Shown here one piece after another: positions 38,053 through 48,600 of a DNA stretch of 62,419 nucleotides. Under the pieces are notes generated by a model that ran no database searches, had not been told where the DNA came from, and saw only the letters and a list, made by a program, of their open reading frames with translations. The position numbers and the translations under genes are program-made. Where the stretch lies: positions 7,974-70,392 of the forward strand of contig CAZBPH010000001.1 of assembly GCA_964493645.1 (NCBI GenBank), written 5' to 3'. The number at the start of each line of letters is the position of its first letter. The stretch's first letter is position 1. Source of the DNA: an uncultured Heliobacteriaceae bacterium. Lineage in GTDB: Bacteria > Acidobacteriota > Blastocatellia > RBC074.

Positions 38053-38714
38053 TGAATGAAATCACTTCGCCCGATTTCATTCAGGATTATCTGGCATGCT
38101 TCAACAAGAGCTGGAACGATCAGATGCCGGCCGATGAGCTCCGCTTCGTCGTGCTCGACACCGAAACGACAGGACTCGACCCGCATCGCGATCGAATCAT
38201 CACTATCGGCGCAGTTGCAGTCCGGGCACGCCAGATCATCCTTGCCGATTCCTTTGAAGTCATGCTGAAACTTGCGTACAACAGCTCTTCCGTCACCGTT
38301 CATGGCATCACACGCGAAGAGGCCTGCGACGGGCTCGACGAGCCCAAAGCCCTGGAACGGTTTCTTGAATACCTGCGCGACGGCGTGATCGTCGGCCATC
38401 ACATCCTTCACGATATCGAGACGATCAACGCCGCCTGTGAACGCCACTTCGGCTTCAACCTGCGAAATCGCTTTCTCGATACCATGGACCTGACGCTTCA
38501 CCTGCAGGCCGATGGGGCATTCCCTGAAGACGCCATTCAAGGATTTTCCCTCGACGCACTCTGCGATTTCTTCGAAGTCCCGCCCCGCGATCGCCATACC
38601 GCCGGCGGAGACGCATTCATCACCGCTCTGATCTTCCTCCGACTGCTTTGCCTCGGTCGAAAATACGAACGTCACACACTCGGCACGCTCACGCAACCTT
38701 ATCTCAGCGTTTAG
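38049..38714 (+). CDS. DEDDh 3'-5' exonuclease (DnaQ / Pol III epsilon-like)
   Basis: 221-aa ORF whose ATG overlaps the upstream stop (ATGA). Exonuclease motifs: Exo I VVLDTETTGLDP, Exo II GHHILHDIETI and Exo III HTAGGDAFITA. Confidence 0.85.
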   Translation: MMNEITSPDFIQDYLACFNKSWNDQMPADELRFVVLDTETTGLDPHRDRIITIGAVAVRARQIILADSFEVMLKLAYNSSSVTVHGITREEACDGLDEPKALERFLEYLRDGVIVGHHILHDIETINAACERHFGFNLRNRFLDTMDLTLHLQADGAFPEDAIQGFSLDALCDFFEVPPRDRHTAGGDAFITALIFLRLLCLGRKYERHTLGTLTQPYLSV

Positions 38715-38726
38715 CCCCCGCGCCAA

Positions 38727-38799
38727 AATAAGTTGATGGAAAAGTTTATCTCGATCATTGCAGATTCGCTCTTAACACAAGAAAATCCATCAACTTATT
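38727..38799. repeat. Perfect 14-bp inverted repeat in the convergent intergenic region
   Basis: AATAAGTTGATGGA (38727-38740) and TCCATCAACTTATT (38786-38799) are separated by 45 nt. The repeat lies between the exonuclease stop (38714) and the oxidoreductase stop (38813). Confidence 0.6.
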
Positions 38800-38812
38800 C
38801 TGGAGAGGTCTC

Positions 38813-40432
38813 TTAGATCGACCAGCCCTTGCGGTATTCGCGTTGGAGGAACTGGTTTGCATCGGCGAGGTTGGTGATCCTGCCGGCTTCACCGTCGTAG
38901 TAAATACGCTTTCCCTGGCCTGCACGCATCGCCGCCACACCGAGCAACATCGTTTCGGTCAGTCGCGATGCATATTCGAACGGGCAGGTCGCTTTCTCTT
39001 TGCCCTTGATCGCATTTATCCAGTTCATGCGATGTTTGGCCTGCGCAAACGGGCCGGAGCCGGCGGTCTCCACGCGGAAATAGGTCTTTGGTACCCTGGC
39101 CGCGGTTTCGTGGAGTGATTGCGGGTAAAGCTTCGGATCGGCGCCATAGGTCCCATGGACGAGGATGCCCTTCTCGCCGATGAAGATCACGCCACCGCCG
39201 GGATTGAGCGGCACATCGTCCGGCAGAGCATCAGGCCGCGGAGCCATGAGACCGCCATCCACCCAGGTCAGTTTGACGGGCGGTTGCGCGCCGCGAGCCG
39301 GAAATTTGTAAACGATCTGCGAAGCCACCGGATAACTGACCGGTTGATTTTTGTTGTCGGTTCCGAACGGCGTGAACGTGGCCTCGACGCTTGTCGGATA
39401 GGTCAGACCCAGCGCCCAATAAGGATGATCGATCAGATGCGCGGCCATATCTCCGATGGCGCCCGTGCCCCAATCAAGCCATCCGCGCCAGTTGAATGGA
39501 TGGTAAATGCCGTGATAGGGAACTTCGGGCGCGGGACCAAGGAACAGATCCCAGTCCACCCCGGCAGGCACCCCTTCATCGCCCATCGCAAAGGCGAGTG
39601 TGCGATTGACGCGGCGCGCCGACCATCCATCGACCATCGCCGCTCCGCCCGGCGCTCCCTGTGGAGGTTGGGCGGCAGGCGGGCTCTGTTTCATCGGACG
39701 CGGGACTCCCTGAGGCCAGAAACCGACCGGACGATTGGTCCAGACTTGCACTTCCGTGACTTTGCCGATGACTCCAGCTTGAACCCACTCGTTGACAAGC
39801 GCCGCACCCTCGCTGGAATGGCCCATATTGCCCATCTGAGTAACAGCCTTTGTGCGCGCGGCAACATCTCGCAGGACACGAGCTTCCTGCACCGACCAGG
39901 TCAGCGGTTTCTCGATGTAGGCGTGCTTGCCCAATTCCATGGCGGCCTTGCCGATGACGGCATGTGTATGATCGGGGGTGGCAACGACCACGGCATCGAT
40001 GTCTTTCCGCTCTTCGAGCATCTTGCGGAAATCACTGTAACGCCTGGCTGAATTGAAGGATTCCTGCAATTTGAGGGCCTGCGCGCGACGTTCTTCCATC
40101 ATCTGTTGCATTCGGGCCGCCTGCTCCGGCGATGGCGCAGGCGCACCGGCCCTTCTGCCTCCTTCGCGGGGACGCGTCATATTGGCAACCTCGCGATCGA
40201 CATACCCGAAATCTACGTCACACAACGCAACCATTTTCTGCCCGCCCTGCACCAGTTCGCCCGCATCGGTCTTGCCCTGGCCGCCGCAGCCGATCAGTGC
40301 GAAGTTGACAGTATCGCTGGGGGCGTTGTAACCAACACCTCCCAGCACGTGGCGCGGTACTATCATCGCGCTGACGGCAGCCCCCGTCGTTCCCGCAACG
40401 AATTTACGTCGGGTGATCTTATTTTTTGTCAT
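38813..40432 (-). CDS. Tat-exported Gfo/Idh/MocA-family oxidoreductase
   Basis: The track start at 40438 is GTG. ATG at 40432 is preceded by GAGGAG and gives [25 protein letters not shown], a twin-arginine signal. Motifs include [11 protein letters not shown] and YIEKPL, plus a low-complexity insert [28 protein letters not shown]. Confidence 0.8.
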   Translation of the reverse strand: MTKNKITRRKFVAGTTGAAVSAMIVPRHVLGGVGYNAPSDTVNFALIGCGGQGKTDAGELVQGGQKMVALCDVDFGYVDREVANMTRPREGGRRAGAPAPSPEQAARMQQMMEERRAQALKLQESFNSARRYSDFRKMLEERKDIDAVVVATPDHTHAVIGKAAMELGKHAYIEKPLTWSVQEARVLRDVAARTKAVTQMGNMGHSSEGAALVNEWVQAGVIGKVTEVQVWTNRPVGFWPQGVPRPMKQSPPAAQPPQGAPGGAAMVDGWSARRVNRTLAFAMGDEGVPAGVDWDLFLGPAPEVPYHGIYHPFNWRGWLDWGTGAIGDMAAHLIDHPYWALGLTYPTSVEATFTPFGTDNKNQPVSYPVASQIVYKFPARGAQPPVKLTWVDGGLMAPRPDALPDDVPLNPGGGVIFIGEKGILVHGTYGADPKLYPQSLHETAARVPKTYFRVETAGSGPFAQAKHRMNWINAIKGKEKATCPFEYASRLTETMLLGVAAMRAGQGKRIYYDGEAGRITNLADANQFLQREYRKGWSI

Positions 40433-40467
40433 ATCCACTCCTCGTTTGATAATGTCGGTCTGAACCG

Positions 40468-42540
40468 TTAATCCGATTTTCGTAAAACTCTGTAGCCAAA
40501 TGGAGAGATCGTGATATCCGCAGGAGACACATTCTCTTCCAGCAAATCATAAAACCCGCTGCCGATATTCACCATCACGCTTTCGTTTTTATGGTTGAGA
40601 ATGAAGTAGTAATGATTCTTTCCTCTGGTGCGTCGAGTAACTTCGATCTCCCTCGGCAAATCCCCAAATAATGGAATTAAGTTACACTCTTTGGCGTAAC
40701 GGGCCAAGAGGTACCGCGCCGAATCGAGATTGAAGAAGGATCCATAATAGACAGCTTTTCCCCCTCCATACCTGTTTTCGGTGGCGGCCGGAATGCCATG
40801 CATGAAATCGCGCTCCCATGCGGCTATTACTTTTGCGTTACCGGTTTTCAAATGCTCGGCGAAAACATTCACGGGAACCTCAGCCCCATCTGTAAATTTG
40901 ATTGAGTTTTTTCCGCGCGAAGGCGGCTGGTAGGCATGATACGAATCGACCTCGACGCCGAATAATTCTTTCAATCCCATAATCGGAATCGTCTGATCTG
41001 TCATGGCGTTGTCGCGATCCTTGACTCCGCTGTGTGCGGACATAATCAGCGTTCCACCTTGCGCCACATATGCTTTCATCTTTGCGGCAAGCTGCTCATC
41101 CATTAATAATTGAAAGGGCGCAAAAATGATTTTGTAGCGATTGAAATCCATCCCGCCATTGATGAAATCGAGGTTGTGCTTTTGTTCGGAAGCCGCTCGA
41201 AAGAAATCGCCATAGACCGTCGGAACACGTACTTCACTCGTCAGGAATTGATGTTCGAAAGCCCATTCATTATCAAAATCCCTGAGCACCGCGATATCGG
41301 AGATGATCTTCGAATCAAATATTTCAGCGCTGATTTTATTGATTTCAGCGCCCTCGCGCTTGAATTCATCGTATCGTGCACGAGGGACATTATCCTGATC
41401 CAAAACTCCCTGCCAGTATTGTTCGATACCGCGCTGAGCAGAACGCCAGCGAAAATGAATTATCCCGTCAGCGCCGTGTGCAATGGATTGAAACGTCCAG
41501 AGACGCATTTCGCCGGGGCGCGGACTGCGCAACATGTAGGTCTGACCGCCTGCTCCTGTCTGCTGCTCCATGATCATAAAACGTCCAACATAACTTCTAT
41601 GCCCAGTCAGCGATGCCCCCGTCGAATACTGCGGATCGTCACTGAAGAGAGGATAATTCGCGGCGGAATGAAGATCAGTGTTACGGCTCAATCTGTAATA
41701 GTCGATATTGCGGAAAACACCATTCTGCGTAATGAAATCCCGCGGACGATAGCGGCGAATGATCTCAATCTGATCCTGTAAATAGGATTCGACCGAATCC
41801 GATATGAACCGCCTGTAATCCAGCATGAGGGATGGATTGTGAAGTGCGCCCGTCTTAAAAGGCAGATCGATCTGCGACCAGTCCGTGTAAAGCTGGCTCC
41901 AGAAAATCGTCCCCCAACGTCTGTTCAGGTTATCAAGCGTCTGGTATTTTGCTTTCAGCCATACGCGAAAGGCAATCCGGTCGCTTTCGCTCCATGCCTC
42001 AGGATTCTCGTTATTGAATTCATTGTCAATCTGCCACCCGATGATATGCGGATTGTCCTTATAATAGCTCAGAAGTGCGGTCACTATTCTTTTCGAGAGC
42101 CGCCGATAAACGGGGCTGTTGTAATTATAGTGCCTTCGTGACTGATCATTTGCAATTTGACGATCTGCAAAGACGTACAGGACTTCGGGGTATTTTTGCG
42201 TCAGCCATTTCGGAGGTGTGGCCGTCGGCGTGCCGAAAATGATTTTGATGCCATGTTTTGCCAGCGTAGCAATCGCACGATCAAACAACGAGAAATCAAA
42301 CGTTCCTTCTTTCGGCTCCATCAGCGCCCAGGCGAATTCGCCGATGCGCGCCACTGCGACTCCGCATTCACGCATACGCTGCGCATCCTGTTCCCATAGT
42401 CTTTCAGGCCATTGCTCCGGGTAATAATCAACGCCAAAAAGAAATGATCTGTATCGATTGGGTGGGATCTGCTGACCTGTTTGCGCATAGCACGCTGTAG
42501 CGATAATAAGCATTAATGCCAGACTGATAAGATGTTTCAT
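40468..42540 (-). CDS. GH42 beta-galactosidase with an N-terminal signal peptide
   Basis: 690-aa ORF with [37 protein letters not shown] (acid/base NE), [12 protein letters not shown] (nucleophile E) and a trimerisation-domain-like [31 protein letters not shown]. Signal peptide [20 protein letters not shown]. Confidence 0.88.
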   Translation of the reverse strand: MKHLISLALMLIIATACYAQTGQQIPPNRYRSFLFGVDYYPEQWPERLWEQDAQRMRECGVAVARIGEFAWALMEPKEGTFDFSLFDRAIATLAKHGIKIIFGTPTATPPKWLTQKYPEVLYVFADRQIANDQSRRHYNYNSPVYRRLSKRIVTALLSYYKDNPHIIGWQIDNEFNNENPEAWSESDRIAFRVWLKAKYQTLDNLNRRWGTIFWSQLYTDWSQIDLPFKTGALHNPSLMLDYRRFISDSVESYLQDQIEIIRRYRPRDFITQNGVFRNIDYYRLSRNTDLHSAANYPLFSDDPQYSTGASLTGHRSYVGRFMIMEQQTGAGGQTYMLRSPRPGEMRLWTFQSIAHGADGIIHFRWRSAQRGIEQYWQGVLDQDNVPRARYDEFKREGAEINKISAEIFDSKIISDIAVLRDFDNEWAFEHQFLTSEVRVPTVYGDFFRAASEQKHNLDFINGGMDFNRYKIIFAPFQLLMDEQLAAKMKAYVAQGGTLIMSAHSGVKDRDNAMTDQTIPIMGLKELFGVEVDSYHAYQPPSRGKNSIKFTDGAEVPVNVFAEHLKTGNAKVIAAWERDFMHGIPAATENRYGGGKAVYYGSFFNLDSARYLLARYAKECNLIPLFGDLPREIEVTRRTRGKNHYYFILNHKNESVMVNIGSGFYDLLEENVSPADITISPFGYRVLRKSD

Positions 42541-42602
42541 ACCGGGGTCCCCAATTTTTGTGAGCTATCGGATGTCTTTCCATTGTAGTACTATTGGTCC
42601 AG

Positions 42603-45600
42603 ATGAAAAGGATTAATATCAGTAATGACAATCTCTTTAAATTGTCGAGCAACATACCCACCTGGATTGATGAAGAACCGATTCGTGAAGAGCTATTCAG
42701 CGTCGAGCGCCTTGAGCAATACGCCGCGATACAAGCGGCTGAATGCCATATAAGCGAAAGGCCACATCGCGGGAAACTGTTGTTGCCGCGTTTTGAAGAC
42801 AATGGACGGCAACTTATTGCGGCGTATCGTCTGCTGGCTGAAGCGGCATTTCAGGGTCAGGGAATTTCGCCCGCCGCCGAGTGGCTGGTCGATAATTTTC
42901 ACGTTGTCGAAGAGCAACTCCGCCAGATTCGCGTTGACCTGCCGAAAAGTTACTACTACCAGTTGCCCAAGCTCAGCGCCGGCGAAATGCGCGGCTACCC
43001 GCGTATCTATTCAATTGCGCTCACCATCATCGCGCGTACAGACAGCCGTTTTGACGGCCACACGCTCGAACGATACATCCGGGCGTATCAACAGGTAACG
43101 CCACTGACAATCGGCGAACTGTGGGCAACCCCGATCACACTGCGGCTCGCGTTGATCGAAAATCTCAGGCGTTTGACCGCCCGCGTGGTCGCAAGCCGTA
43201 AAGAGCGTGAAGAGGCTGACAAGATTGCAGATAATCTGCTGGCGTCGACGGACAGCCAGCAAGGCGTGGTCACCGCCGGCCTGATACGACAGCTTGAAGA
43301 ACGCAAACAGACGGGCCGCGCGTTCGTCGTTCAGTTGATGCAGCGTTTGCGGGATCAGGACCCCGACGTAGCGCCGCTGGTCGAATGGCTTGAACACGAG
43401 GTGCAACGCCAGGGCCTGAGTATTGATCAGGCCGTTCAGATCGAGCATCAGCGTCAGGCAACGGCTCAGGTCACCGTCGGCAATATCATGACGAGCATGA
43501 AATTGCTATCGACCTTCGACTGGCTCAAGTTCGTCGAAAGCGTCAGCCTGATCGAACCCATTCTCGGCACGGACCCGACGGGCACGTACCTGCAGATGGA
43601 CTTTGCGACCCGCGATCGTTACCGCCACACGATCGAACGCATCGCCAGACGCACGCGATCCAGCGAGCTTGATGTCGCCCGCCGCGCCGTCGAACTGGCG
43701 AAGCATTCACAGGCGCGCGATCCGCATGACATCTCTCGGGCCCACATCGGCCGGTATTTGATCGACGATGGACTGGCCGAGTTGGAACGAGAGGTGAAGT
43801 ATCGCCCCCGCACTACTGAACGCGTGCGCCGCATCGCCCTTAATCATCCGACTTTCGTTTATTTTAGCGTCTTCACATTGCTCACAGGGACTATTCTGAC
43901 ATTGTTATTGTTCTTTTCGGACCGAGCCGGAGCAACTTCACTCGACTTGATCACAGTCGCTCTGATGGCATTGATTCCGGCAGCCGATTTGGCAGTCAGC
44001 CTGCTTAACTGGAGCGTGACACACGTCTTCGCGCCTCACGTCCTGCCGAAAATGAACGCGGAGGCGGAAACGCCGCTTGAAGCGCGCACAATGATCGTTA
44101 TGCCGACGATGCTGACGAGCGAGGCCGTCGTGACCGGGTTGATCGAAAAACTCGAAGTTCACTACCTGGCCAATCAGGACCCGCAGTTCTATTTTGCACT
44201 GCTCACTGACTTCGCAGACGCGCCAACTGAAGAAAGACCTGATGACGGCGTCTTGCTTGAAGCCGCGCTTGACGGCATCGAGAGACTCAACGCCCGTTAT
44301 GCCGCCGTCGATGAAACAGGAAGATTCTTCCTGTTTCATCGACGGCGACAATGGAACGAATCGGAAGAGAAATGGATCGGTTGGGAGCGCAAGCGCGGGA
44401 AGCTTGAAGAGTTCAACCATCTGTTGCGCGGCGATACCAATACCAGTTTCGTCGTCGCCAATGCCGACCCCGAATTGCTCGCCAGTATTCGCTACGTCAT
44501 CACGCTCGACTCCGATACTCAGCTGCCGCGAGATGCGGCGCGCAAACTCGTCGCCACGATCAGGCATCCGCTCAATCACGCGCAGTTCGATCCGATCAGC
44601 AGGCGCGTAGTGCGCGGTTACGGCATCCTGCAGCCACGCGTCAGCGTCAAGCTTGAAAGCGGCGCCGGCTCAAGGTTCGCGCGTATATTCTCCGGCAATA
44701 CCGGCATCGACCCATACAGCACCGCCGCATCCGATGTTTATCAGGACCTCTTCGCCGAAGGAAGTTTTATCGGGAAAGGTTTGTATGATGTTGACGCTTT
44801 TCAGGCTGCGCTTGAGGGGCGTGTACCGGACAATTCGCTGCTCAGCCATGACCTTTTTGAGGGTCTTTACGCTCGCACCGCGCTTGTCTCGGATATCGAG
44901 TTACTCGACGATCACCCTGCGCGTTACGACACATACGCGAAGCGTCAGCATCGCTGGACGCGCGGCGACTGGCAGATCGCACGATGGTTGCTGCCGTCTG
45001 TGCCGAATTATCAAGGCAAACCGGAGCTGAATTCCCTGCCACTGATTTCACGCTGGAAAATTTTCGACAATCTCCGGCGCAGTCTCGTAGCGCCATCGCT
45101 ACTGCTATGGCTCGTCGGGGCATGGATGCTGCTGCCGGGGTCAGCTCTGTGGTGGACATTGTTTGCTCTAGTAGTTGTCAGCTTTCCGGTATACGCGCAC
45201 GTGACGACAAGCCTGTTTTCGCACCCGCGCGGAGTTCCCTGGACGAGTTACTTCCGGCGCGTCTGGGACGATTTAGGCACTAACACGAAGCAGGTCGCGT
45301 TAACAGTCATATTTCTGCCCCACCAGGCATGGTTGATGCTCGACGCAATCGTGCGCGTCGCCTATCGCAAGCTGGTCTCACACAAGCGCCTGCTTGAATG
45401 GGTGACGGCGGAGCAGGCGGAACAGGAAACCCGCCACGCGCTCGGGTCGTTCTGGCGTTTGATGTATCCCGTGACGTTGTTCACCACAATTGTGACTATT
45501 CTCGTCATCGCGGTTCGCCCGCATGCCCTATGGTTCGCGGTTCCATTTTTGATCGGGTGGGCGATGTCGCCGCTGCTGGCACACTTCGTCAGCGGCGCCG

Positions 45601-48600
45601 GGCGTTCACTCAAAGAGTTGAATCGTAATCTGAGTGTTGAAGATCGGCGGACGATGCGCATGATTTCGCGACGCACCTGGCGTTTCTTTGAGACATTTGT
45701 CGGCGATCACGACAACTGGTTGCCGCCGGACAATTTCCAGGAAGACCCGAGCCCGGTCATCGCCCACCGTACATCGCCGACCAACATCGGTCTGCTCATG
45801 CTTTCGACAATCGCCGCACGCGACTTCGGTTATCTCGGTCTGCTGGAAACTGTCGAACGTCTTGAACTGACTATTGCAACGCTCGGCAAGCTCGAAAAAT
45901 TTCAAGGACACCTCTTCAACTGGTATAACACGACGACGCTTGAGCCACTGACGCCGCGGTACCTTTCGACGGTCGACAGCGGCAACCTCGCGGCCCATTT
46001 GATTGCAGTCAAGCAGGCGATGATTGATATACCGGATCAGAAGTTGTTCGACTCGAATTTGATCGAAGGCCTGGCGGACACCCTCATGCTCTTGCGCGAG
46101 GAAGCGAAACGGATCGACACAATAAAAGGGCAGACGCAAGTCGTCACTATCAGGCAGTTGAATAGAGAGATCGGTGTGTGTGTAGAACTGGTCGAGAAGA
46201 TGAGGAAGACGCCCGAGAATATAGATGATATGAGCCTGTGGGCCAGGTTCTTTGATAATCTGGCAGCGCACGCTGATGAGGTCAAAGATATCGCGCAGGC
46301 GCTCGAGCAGGAACAGGGGCAGAACTCGGCGGAGCTGTTCGCGGAATTCCATTTCTGGATTGCGGCGCTGCTCAATCAATTGCGCGCGGCGCGGCGTGAT
46401 TTCAATATACTCGTCTCATGGAACGCTTCACTCGTCGGACATCTTACACCGCTCATCGAACATGCAGCGCCACAGTTTGTCGAGCGGTGGCAGGAAGTCG
46501 CTGAATTATTCAACCTCGTGCCCACCGCCGGCGAAATTGATGAACGTTGCGCGGGGGCCCTGGACAGGATCAAGTCACTGTCAGCCGAACTCGCCTCACT
46601 CGAGACCCCGGAACGCGACGCGCTCTTCGCGGGACTCGACACACTCACCACGTCGATCGAAACGACCGCTCGCGCAGCGGCTGAACTCGTCAAACGAACC
46701 GGTGCGATCGCGGATTCATGCGACGGGATCGTTGAGGCGATGGACTTTCGCTTCCTGTTCGACGAAGCGCGCCGGCTGTTTGTCATCGGCTACAACGTTC
46801 TGGACGGACGTCGTGATGATTCATTCTATGACCTGCTCGCATCGGAATCCCGTCTCGCCAGCCTCATTGCTATTGCAAAGGGCGACATACCTCAGGAGAA
46901 CTGGTTTCGTCTCGGAAGGCAGTTGACCCAGCTTGACGGCTCAGGGCGCGCGCTAGTGTCGTGGACGGCGACCATGTTCGAGTATCTGATGCCGCTGCTT
47001 GTCACGCGAGATTACCCCGAGACTCTGCTCGACCAGACCTGTAAAGCCGTGGTCGCGCGTCAGATCGCCTACGGGCGCGAAACCGGAGTGCCCTGGGGCA
47101 TTTCCGAATCGGCGTACAACGCGCGCGATTTGCAGTTCAATTATCAATACGGGCCGTTCGGCGTGCCGGGGCTGGGATTAAAACGCGGATTGAGTGAAGA
47201 CCTGGTGATTGCGCCATACGCGACAGCGCTGGCCGCAATGATTGCGCCACATGCCGCGCTGCAAAACATGCAGCGGCTGACGCAGGCGGGGGCGCTCTCG
47301 CGGTATGGTTTTTACGAAGCGATTGATTACACGGCTGAGCGTTTACCGAAGAACCAATCCCGGGTCGTCATCCATTCTTTCATGGCGCACCATCAGGGCA
47401 TGAGCCTCGTAGCACTCGATAATGTTCTGCACAACGACCTGATGCAGAACCGGTTTCACGCCGATCCTCTGATCCAGGCGACGGAGTTATTGTTGCAGGA
47501 GCGCATCCCGCAGGGGGCGCCCATAGCGCGATTCCGCGACGAAGAGGTCTCGATGAGCCGCGTCGCCAATACGCTGACCGCGCCGCTCGCCGTCAGTTAT
47601 GACTCGCCGGGCCTGCCTACGCCGCGAACTCAGTTGATATCAAACGGCGCCTACTCAGTCATGGTGACGTCGGCGGGGGCAGGCTATTCGACTTGCGGAA
47701 ACCAGACCGAAACGCGCTGGGCCGTGACGAGATGGCGTGAGGATGTAACGCGCGACAACTGGGGAAGCTTCTGTTATGTGCGCGATGTCCACAGCGGTGC
47801 GATCTGGTCAACCTGCTATCAACCGGTTGCGACCGGGCGCATTCCACCGAGTTATGAAGCGACATTTACAGAAGACCGGGCAGTCTTCAAACGGCTCGAT
47901 TCAGGCATCATGACTCAGACAGACATAGTTGTGTCTCCCGAAGACAACGCCGAAGTACGTTGCGTGACCCTTACCAACCGTTCGACGCGCGTTCGTGAAA
48001 TCGAGTTGACGAGCTATGCCGAAATCGTTCTGGCGACGCCAGCCGCCGATGTGGCGCATCCGGCATTCAGCAATCTCTTCATCGAAACTGAATTCATCGT
48101 CGAAGAAGCCTCGCTCATCGCACGCCGCCGGCCGCGTTCGCCGAATGACATGCCGGTGTACGCAGTTCACGCGATTGTCACGGAAGGCGAGGCCGTCGGT
48201 GCAGTGCAATTCGAGACCAGTCGCCAGCGCTTTCTCGGTCGAGGTCGTGATATGCGCGCGCCGCTTGCCGTGACAGAAGACCGCCCCTTGTCTAACACTG
48301 TCGGCGCCGTTCTGGACCCGATCTTCAGCCTTCGCCAGCGGGTGCTGCTTCAGCCGAACGAGACGGCGCGTGTCACCTTTTCGACCGCCGTCGCGCATTC
48401 GCGCGAGCACATCCTCATGCTCGCCGACAAATATCACGACGTGAACATCTTCGAACGGGTCGAGCGACTGGCATGGACGAAGGCCCAGATCGAGATGCGC
48501 CACTTCAACATTACCCCGTTCGAGGCGCACCTGTTCCAGCGTCTGGCCGGGCGCATCTTCTATTCCGACAATTCTCTGCGCCCGCAATCAAACGTTCTGG

